64,000 bases of DNA from positions 32,054,001 to 32,118,000 of the forward strand of contig NC_045705.1 in NCBI RefSeq assembly GCF_009834535.1, written 5' to 3'. Shown in pieces: positions 24,121 to 36,938 of the stretch (position 1 is its first letter; every line of letters starts with the position of its first letter). The translations under genes and the position numbers were made by a program. Origin of the DNA: Camelus ferus. Taxonomy: Eukaryota. The notes beneath the pieces were generated by a model. It saw only the letters and a list, made by a program, of their open reading frames with translations, was not told the DNA's origin and ran no database searches.

Positions 24121-26110
24121 TTTGTCTTTAATGGAAACGCTACTGTGAACATTCCTGCCCTAGTATCTGCTGCATGGCCCGCTCGTCCTCGTTCTGTGAA
24201 ATTTTCTCTGTGCATGCCTGTTCTGGATCACACAGAGCTGGTTTCTTTTCTTTTCCTAGATACTAATCAAACAATTTTCCAAAGTAGATATCCTAATTTA
24301 CATTCCCCCTGGATTGTATGTGTTTTCTAATTATTTCCCTTTAATTATTGCCAACATTTAATATTGTCCCACTAGACATTTTAATATTTTCACTTTGATG
24401 GGTGAGTAGCACTTGCTGATTCTGGTTATAATTCAAATTCCTTTTATTATTAATCTGATGTAATTTCTTTTGATTCAGTTATCGGTCTTTTGACTTTTCC
24501 TTCTTCTTTGCAAAATGCCTTTTCAGGTTTTTTCCTCCATTTTTTTTCCCTAAAATAATGAATAAATTCTCGTATCTTATGTGCTAAATTGTCACCATAT
24601 TCATACAGTATTATGTGTTTTATATTCTATTTCTTCTTATTTTATATATGGGATTGCATTTTTTCTTTTTGATTGATTTTTAAATTTATTTCTCTGATCA
24701 GACTGGAAGTAAATTTTGGCATGACATGAGAATACATTGATTTTATATTTTAACTTATGCGTGGATATTTGTCCCAGCAATATTTATTGAAAATTCACTC
24801 CATTATACACTGCTCTACAGTGCCAGATTTTTCATAAAGTAGATGTCCATATATGTATGGGTCTGTTTACAGACTATCTACATGCTTCTGTTTATTTATA
24901 GTCAGATCTATTACAATAGAAGAAGTCCTGAAAATTTTTTTTTTCTTAAAAATTGATTGATTTAGTCTTTGATCTTTACCTTTCAAAGCAAATTTTTGAA
25001 TCATTCTTGTTTGGATTTAGGGTAGAATTATAGTAGAACCAGAGATCCATTTGGAAAGAAATTACAAGTTTGCAGCCTCAAGTCTTCCAAATCATGAGTG
25101 TACTATTTTTCTGCTTATTTGGATATACTTTAATTTTTGAAATGAAACTATATCACAATTTTTCTGTAAAGTTCTGGTGTATATTTTGTTAAATTAATCT
25201 CAATGTGTGATATTTTTCATGCTATTTTAAATGTCATTTGGAAAATGTGTGCTGTTTTTAGATCACAATGCAGTGCATTCTGGCAACTCTACCAAAATCT
25301 CTCAATAGTTTTATAATTTATTTGTAGATCAGTTGGGATTTCAACTTATATCCTATAATCTCTGTTTAAATATGTTCTCAACTTGTTGTTTCCAATATTG
25401 CTCCTTATAATTTTTTTCCTTGCTTTGGTAAACAAGCTAGAGATGTCAGTATAATTTGGGGTAAAAGTGAGCATCCCTGACTTGCTAATCTCACTAGGAA
25501 AGTATTTAGTCTTTCACATTTTAAGTGTTTTTTGCAGTAGGATTTTTGTCGATTATTTGTTTCCAGATTAGCAAAGTTCCCTCATGTATTTTCTTTTTTT
25601 TGTGTGTTTTTATTTTGTTCTGCTTTTTGGTCACTGGATGTTGAAATTCATCAAGCTATGGTTTCTTCATTTTAGGTCCTTTAATATTTTAATATGACAA
25701 CTTACATTTAAAAATTTTCTAATATTAAGCAAAGTGGGTTTTTCCTGAGAAAACTACCATCAATGTTATATAATAGAGTATCCTTTCTATTAATTTATTA
25801 GTTTAATATGCCACATTTTATTTATAACCTAAAATTCTGTTAATAAGAAAAATCGTTCTGCAATAATTTATTGTACTGCCCTTGTTAATTTTTGTCATTG
25901 AAATTATACTTGACTTTTAAAACAAAATGGTAAGAGTGTCCTACTATTCAATTCAGGGAAAATTTTTGCTTAGTATTCAAATTCACTGAAAAATAAGAAA
26001 ATTTTCAGTTGCACATGAAATTTTTCAATTGAAAATTTATTTTCTGTACAAGAAAAGTTTTTGAGAGTGGCTTTTCTTTTTCTTTTTTTTCCTCACAAAT
26101 TAAGTCAGAG
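24120..26110 (-). mobile_element. Old, degraded L1M (L1ME-like) block
   Basis: T-rich sequence with recognisable L1M blocks (agatgtccatatatgtatgggtctgttt; tctcactaggaaagtatttagtctttcac). Confidence 0.6.
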
Positions 26111-26554
26111 GCTAAAAATTATGATCTCAAATTCTTCCTGAGTCTTTGAAGCCTGACTTTTCTACATAACAATTTTCTGGCCTAGGGAATTAGATTTTTG
26201 TGTCTTGTTTACTTCTTTGTGAAACCTGTGTATTATTAGGAAACAGTATGTAAGTGTGAGTTCGCTAGATGAGTTCTTACCTAGTTAGTAATGAGTTAAA
26301 AAATGTGGGTTACCACTCCCAACCACCCCCTCAACCCCAGTCCCAGCACACTCCCAGCCAGAGACACTGAAAAGAAAAGCCTGGCAGGTGGAGCAGCAGA
26401 ATGATTCAAAGCGGGGTCAGACGTGGCTGTTGAGAGGCTACTTACTCCATTTGCACTATTTCAGTCCAGAGACCACGGTGCGCCGGCATGAGCAGAGCTG
26501 GCTGTGGGGTGGAGACACAACAAAATGGGACTGTTCATGTGAATGATGGCATTT

Positions 26555-27915
26555 AAACATAATTGTAACATTTGTAATAATTTTATCTTAGAAAATAAGT
26601 TGCAAAGATGTTTCAGAGAGTTTCCATCACACCTCACTCAATTATCCACATTAACATCTCACACAATTACCATCATTCATTCATCAAAAGCATCGACACA
26701 GCTGAGGAAACAATAACAGGATGAAAAGACAACAAAATGGGAGAAAATATTTGCACACCATATATTCAATAAAGAATTAATCTCCAATACATAAATAAAG
26801 AACTCATGTAACTCAATAGTAAAAACAAGATTAAAAGCCCAATTAAATGTTTAGCTAAGGAGCTGATTTAGACATTTTGTCTAAGAAGATATACAAATAG
26901 CCAATCGGTATATGTCAAAAAAATGTTCAATGTCACTAATCATCAGGGAAATGCAAATCCAAACTATACTGAGATCTCATGTCACATCTATCAGGGTAGC
27001 TATTACCAAAAAATACAAAAAGCAAGTGTTGGCAAGAATATGGCTATGGAGAAAGTGGAATTCTTGTATCCTGTTGGTAGGAATGCAGAATGGTTCAGCT
27101 GCCGTGGAAAACAGTATGGAGATTCTCGGCAAAATTAAAAATTGAATTATATGCGACCAGTAATCCTGCTTCTGGATCATTATCCACAAGAATTGAAATG
27201 AAGATTTCAAGGAAATGTTGGCATACTCACGTTCCCTGCAGAACTGTTCACAATAGATGTGGAAACAACCTAAATGTCTATGGAGAGATACGTGGATGAA
27301 GAAAATGTAGCACATATAAACAATGGAGTACAATTTAGTCTCAAAAAATGTGGAAATTCTGCAATGTGTGGCCACATGGATGAGACTTGAAGACATTATG
27401 CTTAGTGAAATAGGCCAGTCAGAGAAGGACAAATACTGTGCACTTAAAACATATCTTGAGAGTAAATCTCATGTTAAGTGTTCTTACCACAGTCAAATAA
27501 AATTAAAAATAATGATCCATTATGATCACTAAAATGTACATTTCATTTGGATTCCATCATTTTTTTTCCCACTAGTGTCGTCTTTCTCCTCTGGGATCCA
27601 AGCCAGGGTACCATATCATGTCTCCCCAATATCCTCAGGTCTGTAACACTTGTTTACTCTCTTCTTGTTTTTCTTGACATTGACAATTTGAAGGAGCACT
27701 GGTGAGGTGTCCTGCAGAGTGCTTCCAAGTATGGGTTTGCCTAGTGATTTTTTGATATTAACCCAGGATTATGGGTTTTGGGGTAGTAATACCACAGAGG
27801 TGAATTTTCCTCATCAGATCATATCAAGGTAAATGATATCCACATTGCAGCACTGGTGATGGTCACCTTTATCTTTTGCTTAAGGCAGTGTTGTCCAAGT
27901 TTCTCTACTCTATAA
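26555..27915. mobile_element. L1MC-like 3' remnant (minus) interrupted by a plus-strand L1MA/MB ORF2 3' fragment at about 26690-27490
   Basis: Plus ORFs encode [16 protein letters not shown]...LVGMQNGSAAVENSM. The flanks resemble an L1MC 3' UTR. Confidence 0.7.
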
Positions 27916-28419
27916 ACTGGAGTGTGGGATTTGTAATACAGTTGAGTAATTAACAATTATTTTTAGATGGATCTTTTTTCCTTATTTCAAATTCTATAGT
28001 TCACGTTTACATCAATGAATATGTATTATTTCAATAATTCAAGATCTTAAGGTAATCAATGGAGTAGATGTGATGGTGTAGTTATCTCTAATGATTTAGA
28101 AGAAAATGCGTCTACCAAATGACACAAGAGACAGTGTTTCAACTAATTATATGGTTTGCGGTCCACTGAGTAATATTCCAATTACAATTCTCTGTAGTTT
28201 ATGTCTTTATAGTCATGGAGACAAATATAAAGCTCAAAGTTTGGCAGTTTAGACTGTGAAGTCAATTTCAGTATTTTCTTTGTATTCCTTGACATTCATG
28301 TCCTGGAAATAGAATGCCAGTTTACCGGCATACTCACTGAAATTTACTGCTATTTTTATTACAAGCCCCAAACCTGTGGCTATCTTAAAGAATATGTGAC
28401 TACGGAGAAGAAAAGTACC

Positions 28420-28487
28420 TGAGGTTTATTAATCATAAAAAGAAATCCTCGGTAAAGTAACCAAGAACTCTTGGTTCCAGGTCAGTT
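28420..28487 (+). promoter_or_regulatory. Candidate first-exon end of the OR5D13-like gene
   Basis: ttattaatcataaaaagaaatcctc...ccag|GTCAGTT (donor 28481) aligns loosely with the exon ends at 2840-2902 and 19870-19932. Confidence 0.35.
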
Positions 28488-29877
28488 CACATTTCTTTTG
28501 GTATCTTTCAATTTAGAAGGAAACGATGGAGCTCCAGCTCATACAGATTATCTGAAAAATTACAGATGGCCCCTTTCTTATGCTCAGAGACATTTTAATT
28601 TTCACTAAATGGGCATCAACTGTCTTTGATAATTAAATTTTGTATTATAGAAACTGGCAGCCGTGAGCAACAGAGAAGTTGCAAAAGATTTATAGGATAT
28701 CTGTTGATTTTGAATCCCATAGGCCAAGTTGAGTACAAGTCAAATCCTAATTCACTGATTGTCACCAAAAGCATTTGACCTTGCTAGGGTTGAATTCCAC
28801 GTCGTTATCTGAGTATCTTTTGTTATTGTAAAAATTGTGCCAGTAAACCAGAAGAGTAGTACCAATCTCCCTGATATACCGAGGTTTTGATAATATTTTC
28901 AAATGTTGGAGGGGACTCCTTTATTAAAGCAGCCTGAGCGGTGATGGAGATTTGCAGTGTATCTGCCCAGGCCCACCTACTACTGGAAAGACTAGGCTGA
29001 TGACACAGGCTTTAGGTCGGGGGTTGTTTGCGCTGCGTGTTAAGAGGGCGTTCATGGAGCTGAGTCTGGAGTCTGACACGTGATCCAGACGAAGCTCAGA
29101 AGACGAAGCAGTGCATCCATCTACCTTTGCTGCAGCTCTGTGTGTGTGCCTTGGGGTCACTCATTTCATGGGCTTACTGTTCTCACTTCCCCTCTGCCTC
29201 ATAACAACAGAAGGTTAACTTCTTATTGGTCAGGAAAATGTGTAATTCTCATTGTATCTTAGAACATACATGAAATTATTGTTGGTGAATATAATATGCA
29301 TCTGTTCTGTTTCTCAACATATGTATGTATCTATAATTTATATGATATATTTATATATTTATAATTTAAAAATACATGTCAGAATGGATGACCAGAAACC
29401 ACATGAATAATTAATGTACTTTAATTAATTACATGTAAGTAATAAAATGATAGATGTTAAACAAAATGTGAATAAAAGACCTACAAAATTATCCCAGGAG
29501 GCAGGGTACCATAAAAGAAGGTTTTGATGGAAGCTACATTATTATTTCATGGATAAGATTCTGTAATGAATTCTCAGGCATTAGATGGAAGGCATAGACT
29601 AGATACAATTTAAGATGTATTCCAACTTACACAGTCTATGGATGTTTCTTTATTCCTACAAAACATCAAAAACATAAAAACAATTAGTACCAAGACTTGT
29701 GTGGCACCATTTGCAAAGCCAAGCAATCTCCCTGACCCTTAGTACAATTATTCGAACCGTAACAAGGTGCTCTCTGCTTCTGTTTTACCTTTCTTACTTT
29801 GTGTTTTACAGTTTCTTTTGTGCTCTAAATTTATATTTCAGCTCTATTTAAAAATATAACAAGGACTGAATTTTAAA

Positions 29878-30060
29878 TAGTGGTTCTCATAGTTAGCATG
29901 CATCAAAGTCACCTGGGGGCTGGTAAATCACAAATTGTGGACTCCGTTCCAGAGTTTCTGATTCCAGAGGTCAGTGATGGGGCTAGAGAGTTTGCATTCC
30001 TCACAAACGTTCAGATGCTTCTGCTGCGGCTGGTTGAGGACCGTGCGTGCAGAATCACTG
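29878..30060 (+). mobile_element. hAT-Charlie MITE, MER5A-like
   Basis: tagtggttctc...gcatcaaagtcacctgg...agagtttctgattc...tttgcatt...agaatcactg follows the MER5A consensus as recalled. Confidence 0.8.
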
Positions 30061-30171
30061 TTCTCCACCAACTTCACAACAACATAGGAAGCTTCTTTCT
30101 TCTCTGTTTCTCCTGTCTGTTTAGTTCTAGTTTTTAAGGAATACTTTTTGGTTCTTTATTGAACAGGAATC

Positions 30172-31122
30172 ATGATGTTATCAGAAGGAAATCAGAGTAT
30201 CATACCCACGTTTATTCTCCTGGGTTTTTCAGAATATCCGGAACTCCGGGTTCCGCTCTTCCTGGTTTTCTTGTCTGTCTACACAGTCACCGTGGTGGGG
30301 AACCTGGGCATGATTCTAATCATCAAGATCAGCTCCAATCTCCACACGATCATGTACTTTTTCCTCAGTCACTTGTCCTTTGAAGATTTCTGTTACTCCA
30401 CCGTAGTAACACCTAAATTGTTGGAGAACTTGATTGTGGAAGACAGAACCATCTCTGTCTCTGCCTGCATTATGCAATTTTGTTTTGCTTGCATATTTGG
30501 AGTAACAGAAACTTTCATGTTAGCAGCGATGGCCTATGACCGTTTTGTGGCAGTCTGTAGCCCGTTGCTCTACACCACGGCTATGTCTCGGAGTCTTTGT
30601 GCTCTGCTGGTGGCTGGGTCTTACTCATGGGGCATAGTGTGTTCCCTGACATTTATGTATTTTCTTCTTGCATTATCCTATTGTGAGTCTAGTATCATAA
30701 ATAACTTTATCTGTGACCACTCTGTGATTGCTTCTGTCTCCTGCTCAGACCCCTATATCAGTCAGATGCTATGTTTTATTATTGCCGTATTCAATGAGGC
30801 AAGCAGTCTGATGATTATTCTGACGTCCTATATACTCATTTTTATCACTGTTATGAGGATGCCTTCTGCAAGTGGACGCCAGAAAGCCTTCTCCACCTGT
30901 GCCTCCCACCTGACAGCCATCGCCATCTTCCATGGGACCATCCTTTTTCTTTACTGTATCCCTAATCCTAAATCTTCTTGGCTCACAGTTAAAGTGGCTT
31001 CTGTGTTTTACACAGTGGTGATCCCCATGCTGAACCCCTTGATCTACAGCCTTAGGAACAAAGACGTAAAAAACACTTTTAGAAAATTAGTTTTCACAAA
31101 ATTGCTTTGTCACTCAAGATAA
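30172..31122 (+). CDS. OR5D13: Olfactory receptor OR5D13-like (316 aa)
   Basis: [50 protein letters not shown] and YCIPNPK match human OR5D13 as recalled. Acceptor gaacAG ends at 30166. Confidence 0.88.
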   Translation: MMLSEGNQSIIPTFILLGFSEYPELRVPLFLVFLSVYTVTVVGNLGMILIIKISSNLHTIMYFFLSHLSFEDFCYSTVVTPKLLENLIVEDRTISVSACIMQFCFACIFGVTETFMLAAMAYDRFVAVCSPLLYTTAMSRSLCALLVAGSYSWGIVCSLTFMYFLLALSYCESSIINNFICDHSVIASVSCSDPYISQMLCFIIAVFNEASSLMIILTSYILIFITVMRMPSASGRQKAFSTCASHLTAIAIFHGTILFLYCIPNPKSSWLTVKVASVFYTVVIPMLNPLIYSLRNKDVKNTFRKLVFTKLLCHSR

Positions 31123-31689
31123 TATTGTTAGATTCATTATTTTACTTCTGAAAAAAGTGATTTACTATGCTACAGATTGTTCAACTCTCATAGTGGGACA
31201 GATAATTCAAATCTTTTAATCAAGAGGCTTTTAGTTTATCTATGACAGCACAACATTTTATCAATTATTGATTATTGATTGTAGCATACATCAATTTTCA
31301 GTGGAATAGTTGTAAAGCACATGTCAAACAAACTGGAAACAAAATTATTTGACTGTCTTTTGAAATATTTGTAAATTATTTTAAAATGCTTTACCATATA
31401 TAGTGTAATTGTATGTGGGTGTTTCCAAAGCAAAACTGATTCCCAGCTCATCAGATATATGCTGGACTGAGATGATCCCCCAGAATTGTGATCAGGAAAC
31501 TCATACTCCAGAGATGGTTTTGACAAATGTTTCATCTTCCTGTGGCTTGTAATGAATCATTTGTTACTCATTGTATAATAGATGGTAGAAGATCATGTTT
31601 ATTCATTAAACTTATAGCCTGCTGAGTAGCAAACAAAATTAAATATTGTTTTACCTTACTTAAATTCATATATTCATTTTATTCTAAAT

Positions 31690-32560
31690 TTTTTTGAGTA
31701 ATCAAGGCAGTGAAATATTACAATAATAGGGTCCCAGAATGGAATCAAGCATATCTGGTCATTTAATTTCCAAAAAACATGCCATGATAGTTCAATAGAG
31801 AAATTATCATTTTCAACAACCAATGCTGAGATTACTGGATATCCACATGGATAAATGAGCCTTTACCTTTACTTCATAATGATCTATCCTTTTTATGTTT
31901 TACTTCACTACGCTGGACACCAGAAATTAACATGACATTGTAAACCGACTATACTTCAATTAAAGAAAAAGGATGGATCATTAAAAAATGAAAAAAGAAA
32001 CTTTATTACCATTAAAAACTTGTGATGAAAGTTTCTTAAGAATAAATGACACCATTAATAAAATGAAAATCTAAACCACAGACTGTGTACGTGTTTATAA
32101 TATATATGTTTGATAAAGGATTTGTATGTAGAACATAAGGAATTCTATATGCAAAACAAGAAGAAAAATGATCTAGTTAATGAGTTGGTGAGATATTAGA
32201 GCAGACATTTGACAAAACAAAATATCTAAGTCATCTATAATCACATGAAAAGATTCTAAGCATCCTTAGTCATCAGTGAAACTCTTATTAAAACTAGAAC
32301 TAAAACCAGAGTGAGATACTTCTGCAGTCGATCAGAAGGGCTCAAATGAGTAAGAGTTTCAAATATCAGCGGTGGACCTATTGGGCAAGCAGAATGCTCG
32401 TGCATTTCAGCTGCAAGTAAAAGGGTTGAAAGACTTTGAAAACAGTTTAGCAGTGTCTTATAAGGTTGCAAATACTTCCCAAACCACTCAACAACTTCTT
32501 CCCATACAACTCAGCAATGTGCCGCCTACTATGCTACAGAAACTCTGATATAAGAATGTG
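31690..32560 (+). mobile_element. Old L1M ORF2 remnant containing a short L1 3'-end insert at about 31890-31970
   Basis: ttcaacaaccaatgctgagattactggatatccacatgg; aaaccacagactg; aaaagattctaagcatccttagtcatcagtgaaa. Confidence 0.65.
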
Positions 32561-32566
32561 TATTCA

Positions 32567-32875
32567 AGCAGAAATGGACTCACAGACTTAGAAAACAAAC
32601 TTATGGTTACTGGTGGTGAAAGGTGGGGGGTGGAGCGAGAAAGCGGGAGTTCAGGATTTGCAGACACTGCTATACCTACAATAGATGAACAACAAAATCC
32701 TACTGTACAGCACAGGGAACTCTATTTAATATCTTGTAATAGCATTTAATGGAAAAGAATGTATATATGTATGTGTATAACATACTGTATATATAACTGA
32801 ATCACTATGCTGTACATCAGAAATTATCACAACATTGTAAAGAATTACACTTCAATTAAAAAAAAAAAAAAAAGA
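32567..32875 (+). mobile_element. Short 5'-truncated L1 3' end with polyA
   Basis: agactcacagac...aaacttatggttac...gtacagcacagggaact...cttcaatt(A)n, with aagcag on both flanks. Confidence 0.85.
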
Positions 32876-33094
32876 AAGCAGCCAAGAGGAGAAGCACACT
32901 TCTCAGGGAGTCGGGTGAGAGGAAAAGCCCCAGTGGAGAGAACTGAGACCTGGCACTGAACATACAAGAACCCAGAGCAACAGATCCTTGGGTTTCTCCA
33001 GCTCTTCACCTAGGGCCTGGCACACAGTATGTGTTCAGAAATGTTTTGTTACATAAATAAAGCTGGACCGAACCGAAAAAAAAAAAAGTGTATT

Positions 33095-33450
33095 AATTTA
33101 AGCCTGTAAGCTGGTGGTAATTTGTTACGCAGCACAGAAAGCTAACATAATAGAAGCTAGCTTTGAGTGCAGAAGTGGGCTCTGGGGCTGGTCCAGGATG
33201 CAGAGGTGCTGGGGATGGGGGAAGACGCACTGTGGAACTCAAGCCTATTCCAGCAAAAGGGTAACCAGGCAGCCCTGTGGGATTCAGGACCAAGGCTGTG
33301 CTGTGTTCAATACATAACTCTACGCCTGGTGATAAACAGCCTCCATTGTGTTAGGGCTTCCTGGTAGAGTCAGGCAAGAGGCCTGGGGAAAGTATAGATG
33401 GTGGCATTTGGGGGTAGTGGAAATAGTGGATTGGTTGACACCTAGTGGTT
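33095..33450 (+). mobile_element. MLT1 LTR 3' end plus probable MaLR internal remnant
   Basis: tggtaatttgttacgcagcacagaaagctaaca is an MLT1 3' terminus. Confidence 0.55.
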
Positions 33451-33864
33451 TTAGTGAGTTAAATATGTTTCCAAAATGCATTTGCTATTTTTAAGACATT
33501 ATATTATTTAATTGTGCTAACATAAGCTTGAAAGTGTGGATTGCCCATATTTAGAAGACACCATTTAGTTTCAATAAAGTAGATCACTGTTTCCAAAGAC
33601 AACAGTAATTATTTATGTTAAGCAAAAAAGCCAGAACCCAAGTTGTGTTGTTTACACATCTCAAAACACATGCCCATTATGCTCAGAAAAGTACGGAGAA
33701 ATCACGTAGCAGATGTAATAATAATCATCTCTGAACGGTTGCTGGTGTTAGCTGACTTAACTTTCCTCTTGGGTTTTGCTGTAGTCACCATGTTTTCTAA
33801 TTCAATGTGTGTATTTTTCTATAATTCATTTTCTTAAAGGAATTCATGAGCTAAGCTAGATGAG

Positions 33865-34250
33865 GCACTATCTCCAGGGACTTAGAAGAAACTACATCCT
33901 TGTTAATTTCTACATGGAAGAGTGTTCCATCTTATTTCTGAGTTTGTGATGTGAAGAGCAATCGTTCAGGAAATATTCTCTGGGGTCTAAATCCCCAAGC
34001 TCGCGGAGTCACATATAAGCCCTGCACTGTATTCACAGGAGTCAGATTCAGCTTCCAATTCTTTGTCTCTCTCTTTCTCCTTTTCTCTGAGTTTTTCCTG
34101 GATATCAAGAAAGAAATATATTCCAGTCACATTAATTTTCATTATTTGTGGATTTCTGCTGTGTTGACCAACTTCTTAATGCTTTACATGATGTTTGAAT
34201 TCTGAGTGGTCACTTCCCTGGAGACTGTTAACAGAATTTTCAGGTGAGCT
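33865..34250 (+). promoter_or_regulatory. Candidate promoter and first exon of OR gene 5
   Basis: O/E-like tctccaggga (33871) and ttccctggaga (34214). Donor cag|GTGAGC at 34244. Confidence 0.5.
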
Positions 34251-35399
34251 GGTTCCAGGCTGGGTGACCTATCTCACATTAGCCTTACTCATATGGGAAG
34301 CATTAAGATCCTCCAGCCGCTAAGGCAAGGATCACTCTTGGTCAGCCTTAGTGATGTCTCCTGGGTCCCTCTTCCTGAAGCTCACGTGGCTGGCTGAGCT
34401 TCAGTCTCTTCTCCCTCCCCTGGGGTGTCGTCCTGACTTTTGCGTTGAGAATATCCACCATGTGCCTAGCATAGTACAGCCAAAATGAATTTTTTTAAAT
34501 GATATTATAATGTCTGAGAATGTCCTCAACATCTCCAAATTGTGTAGAAATAAAAATAACATGCATAAAGTAATAGTGGACACTATGTATCATATACTTT
34601 CAATTTTTCTGATGGTGATATCTGCAGGTATACCAAGAGTGTGGAAAATGCTGCTGGAGTGAAAGGGACAGTTCCTGTTAGTGATGGTAGTTTTCACGGA
34701 ATGCCTTATATATTGCAACTGCTGCATCAATACTCAAGAAAAAGAGGCCATTCCAGGGGAAAGAGAAGAAAAATCAAATCAGCCGAAGAATAAGTGGGCA
34801 TGCATTATACATTATAAGCTGAGAACATTGGCATAATTTTTAAAAGTTTGAAAATTGGGAAATATAGCTAGGGTGAGGGTTTAGATAAAACTGAGCAGAG
34901 AACTTTAGATTTGATAAATTAGTTAATGGGGAGAAGTCAAAGTTTTCAGAGTCAAACGACTGTCACAGTAGCCACAGTGCCATCAAGGAAAGGAGAGATT
35001 GGCACGCTCACAGTGCTGGCTAGAGGCCCTGCAGGGAAGTTGTCTGAGCCTTGGGTACCGTGAGGTTACACAGAAAAGAGCACCAGGAGTCAGGTGATAA
35101 GGAGAGAGCAAAGGGGAAACAGACAACGTATCGAAAGACAGTCCCTGGTGAGTTAACACCAACAGGGCCAAAAGGAAGGGCAGGGAAAATGGCTGAGCTG
35201 CCCTTTTGTGTCCTGAATTGTACCCGCATGTGTGTTGCTGTCCATTTTGAACCATGATCTCTTCCTTAGATTTTTAAAAATAATCTAAGGGTTTAAAAAT
35301 AGTACCAATTAGTCACAGCACCAAGAATTGGAAGAAATGAGAGCGGGAAAGCCTACACTTTCTGGACTCCACAGTTGTCAGACTCTGCAGTAAGTATAT

Positions 35400-35560
35400 T
35401 AACATCGTTTCCGAATTTCCTCCTTACACACCTATGAAATATGTATTATCGTGTCATTACTATGGATAAAGAAATTGAGGCTCAGGAAATTCCAGTAATT
35501 CACCAGCAATCACACAGTAAATGACAAAGCCTGGAACTGAATCAAATCCATGTTTCCAAG
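35400..35560. mobile_element. MIR SINE remnant
   Basis: gataaagaaattgaggctcagg...atcacacag...cctggaactgaatc is the MIR core. Confidence 0.6.
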
Positions 35561-36699
35561 CCCACATTTCTTTCATCATGTGGTCTGTCATTAGTTCTTT
35601 GCACTTTCCTGCCCATTGCCTTAGAAAATACATTTTTTGAGTGTCAAAAATGCCATAAGGCTATGAAGGAGAAAATAGTTCCTATCTCAACCAGGTCAGA
35701 CCAAACTGAAATGGCACCGAATGGTTTACGCGAGTCGTACTGATAGTCTGTTATTGACCTGAACATTTAAGACATGTGCTTGTTATCTGCTAACTTGTTT
35801 TTTAAATTATTGTTAAATGATTAAATACATTTCTGGGATTATGAACTACTTGTGAAGACAAGATGATTTTGCTTTCTCAAAATAGTGTAAGCAAATGTAA
35901 CAAAGATTGCATGACTCAAAACAAGATCACATGTAGCTTTAATCAGAATCAATGGTCCTGTCACCAGAAATTTTGAGGGTGACAATGTACAGTTGGTTGG
36001 TGTTTACTACCATGTTCTCTAGTTCCATAGAGAAATCTTACAGAATGTGGAAGACTTGAGCAAAACATGATTTAAGTTACTCTCCAATTCAGATATTCTG
36101 TGTGTATTTAATGCTATAACATTCCTAGTAAATTTATCAGATTAAAAATAGTAAGTTAAAAGATAATGATCAAGGAATTTCGAAGGCTATGTTCAGAGCA
36201 CTAGTGAAACTGAGAAAATCGACAAACACAAAGGAAAGAAAACACTGGGGTAAAGTGTTTTCATAAATACAGCTTCATTATTTTACCAGTTTGCTGCAGT
36301 GTTTTTAGAACGTGAAGGCAATTATTTCAGCATCAAACTGGAATCAGTAAAAAGCTTGAGGATATACAGAACTATATTTCCTTCAGCATCCATATGTCAG
36401 TTCAAAACTTGAAAATTCTTGCGGTGACTCAGAAACTCTGCCTTTCCTATGATCTCCAGTTTGAACAACTTGACAATCGAAATATTCCTGCCTTTACAAC
36501 ATCCTGGTTCTTTTAAAATAGACTTTAGTTCTCAATTTACATGCATTTTTGTATTAATCCTATTAAGAATCACAGCTCTTCAGAATGACAGAACTGTGAA
36601 AAACACATTTCCTACAACACTGTGGAAAAGTTTTCTATTTAACCCCAAACTTAATTCAAGATCTGTCACTCCTGATCAACTTCAAAAGCTAACTCATCA

Positions 36700-36850
36700 C
36701 TAGTAAGCAGTGTCCCCTCAGGCAAGTGCCTTAACTTATATATGCCTCAGGTTCTTTTTTTCAGAACACGAGGCTACTTGCTTTGCAATTCGGAGTGTTA
36801 TTTAGAGACCAAAATGCACGTATCTTAGAGTTTGAGCACAATGTGTGCAA
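36700..36850. mobile_element. MIR SINE remnant just upstream of OR gene 5
   Basis: caggcaagtgccttaactta...tgcctcaggttc is the MIR core in the opposite orientation to 35400. Confidence 0.55.
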
Positions 36851-36938
36851 CGCAGTGAATGTGATATAGGTGCACTATTGTCATCGTCATGGTTACTATT
36901 TTTATTATCACTATAGCAGATTTTCTCCAACAGCAGTC

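Noticed and set aside
36870-36938. N-terminal extension [18 protein letters not shown] of gene 5
   Set aside because: GTG start in low-complexity intronic sequence; the true ATG follows the acceptor.
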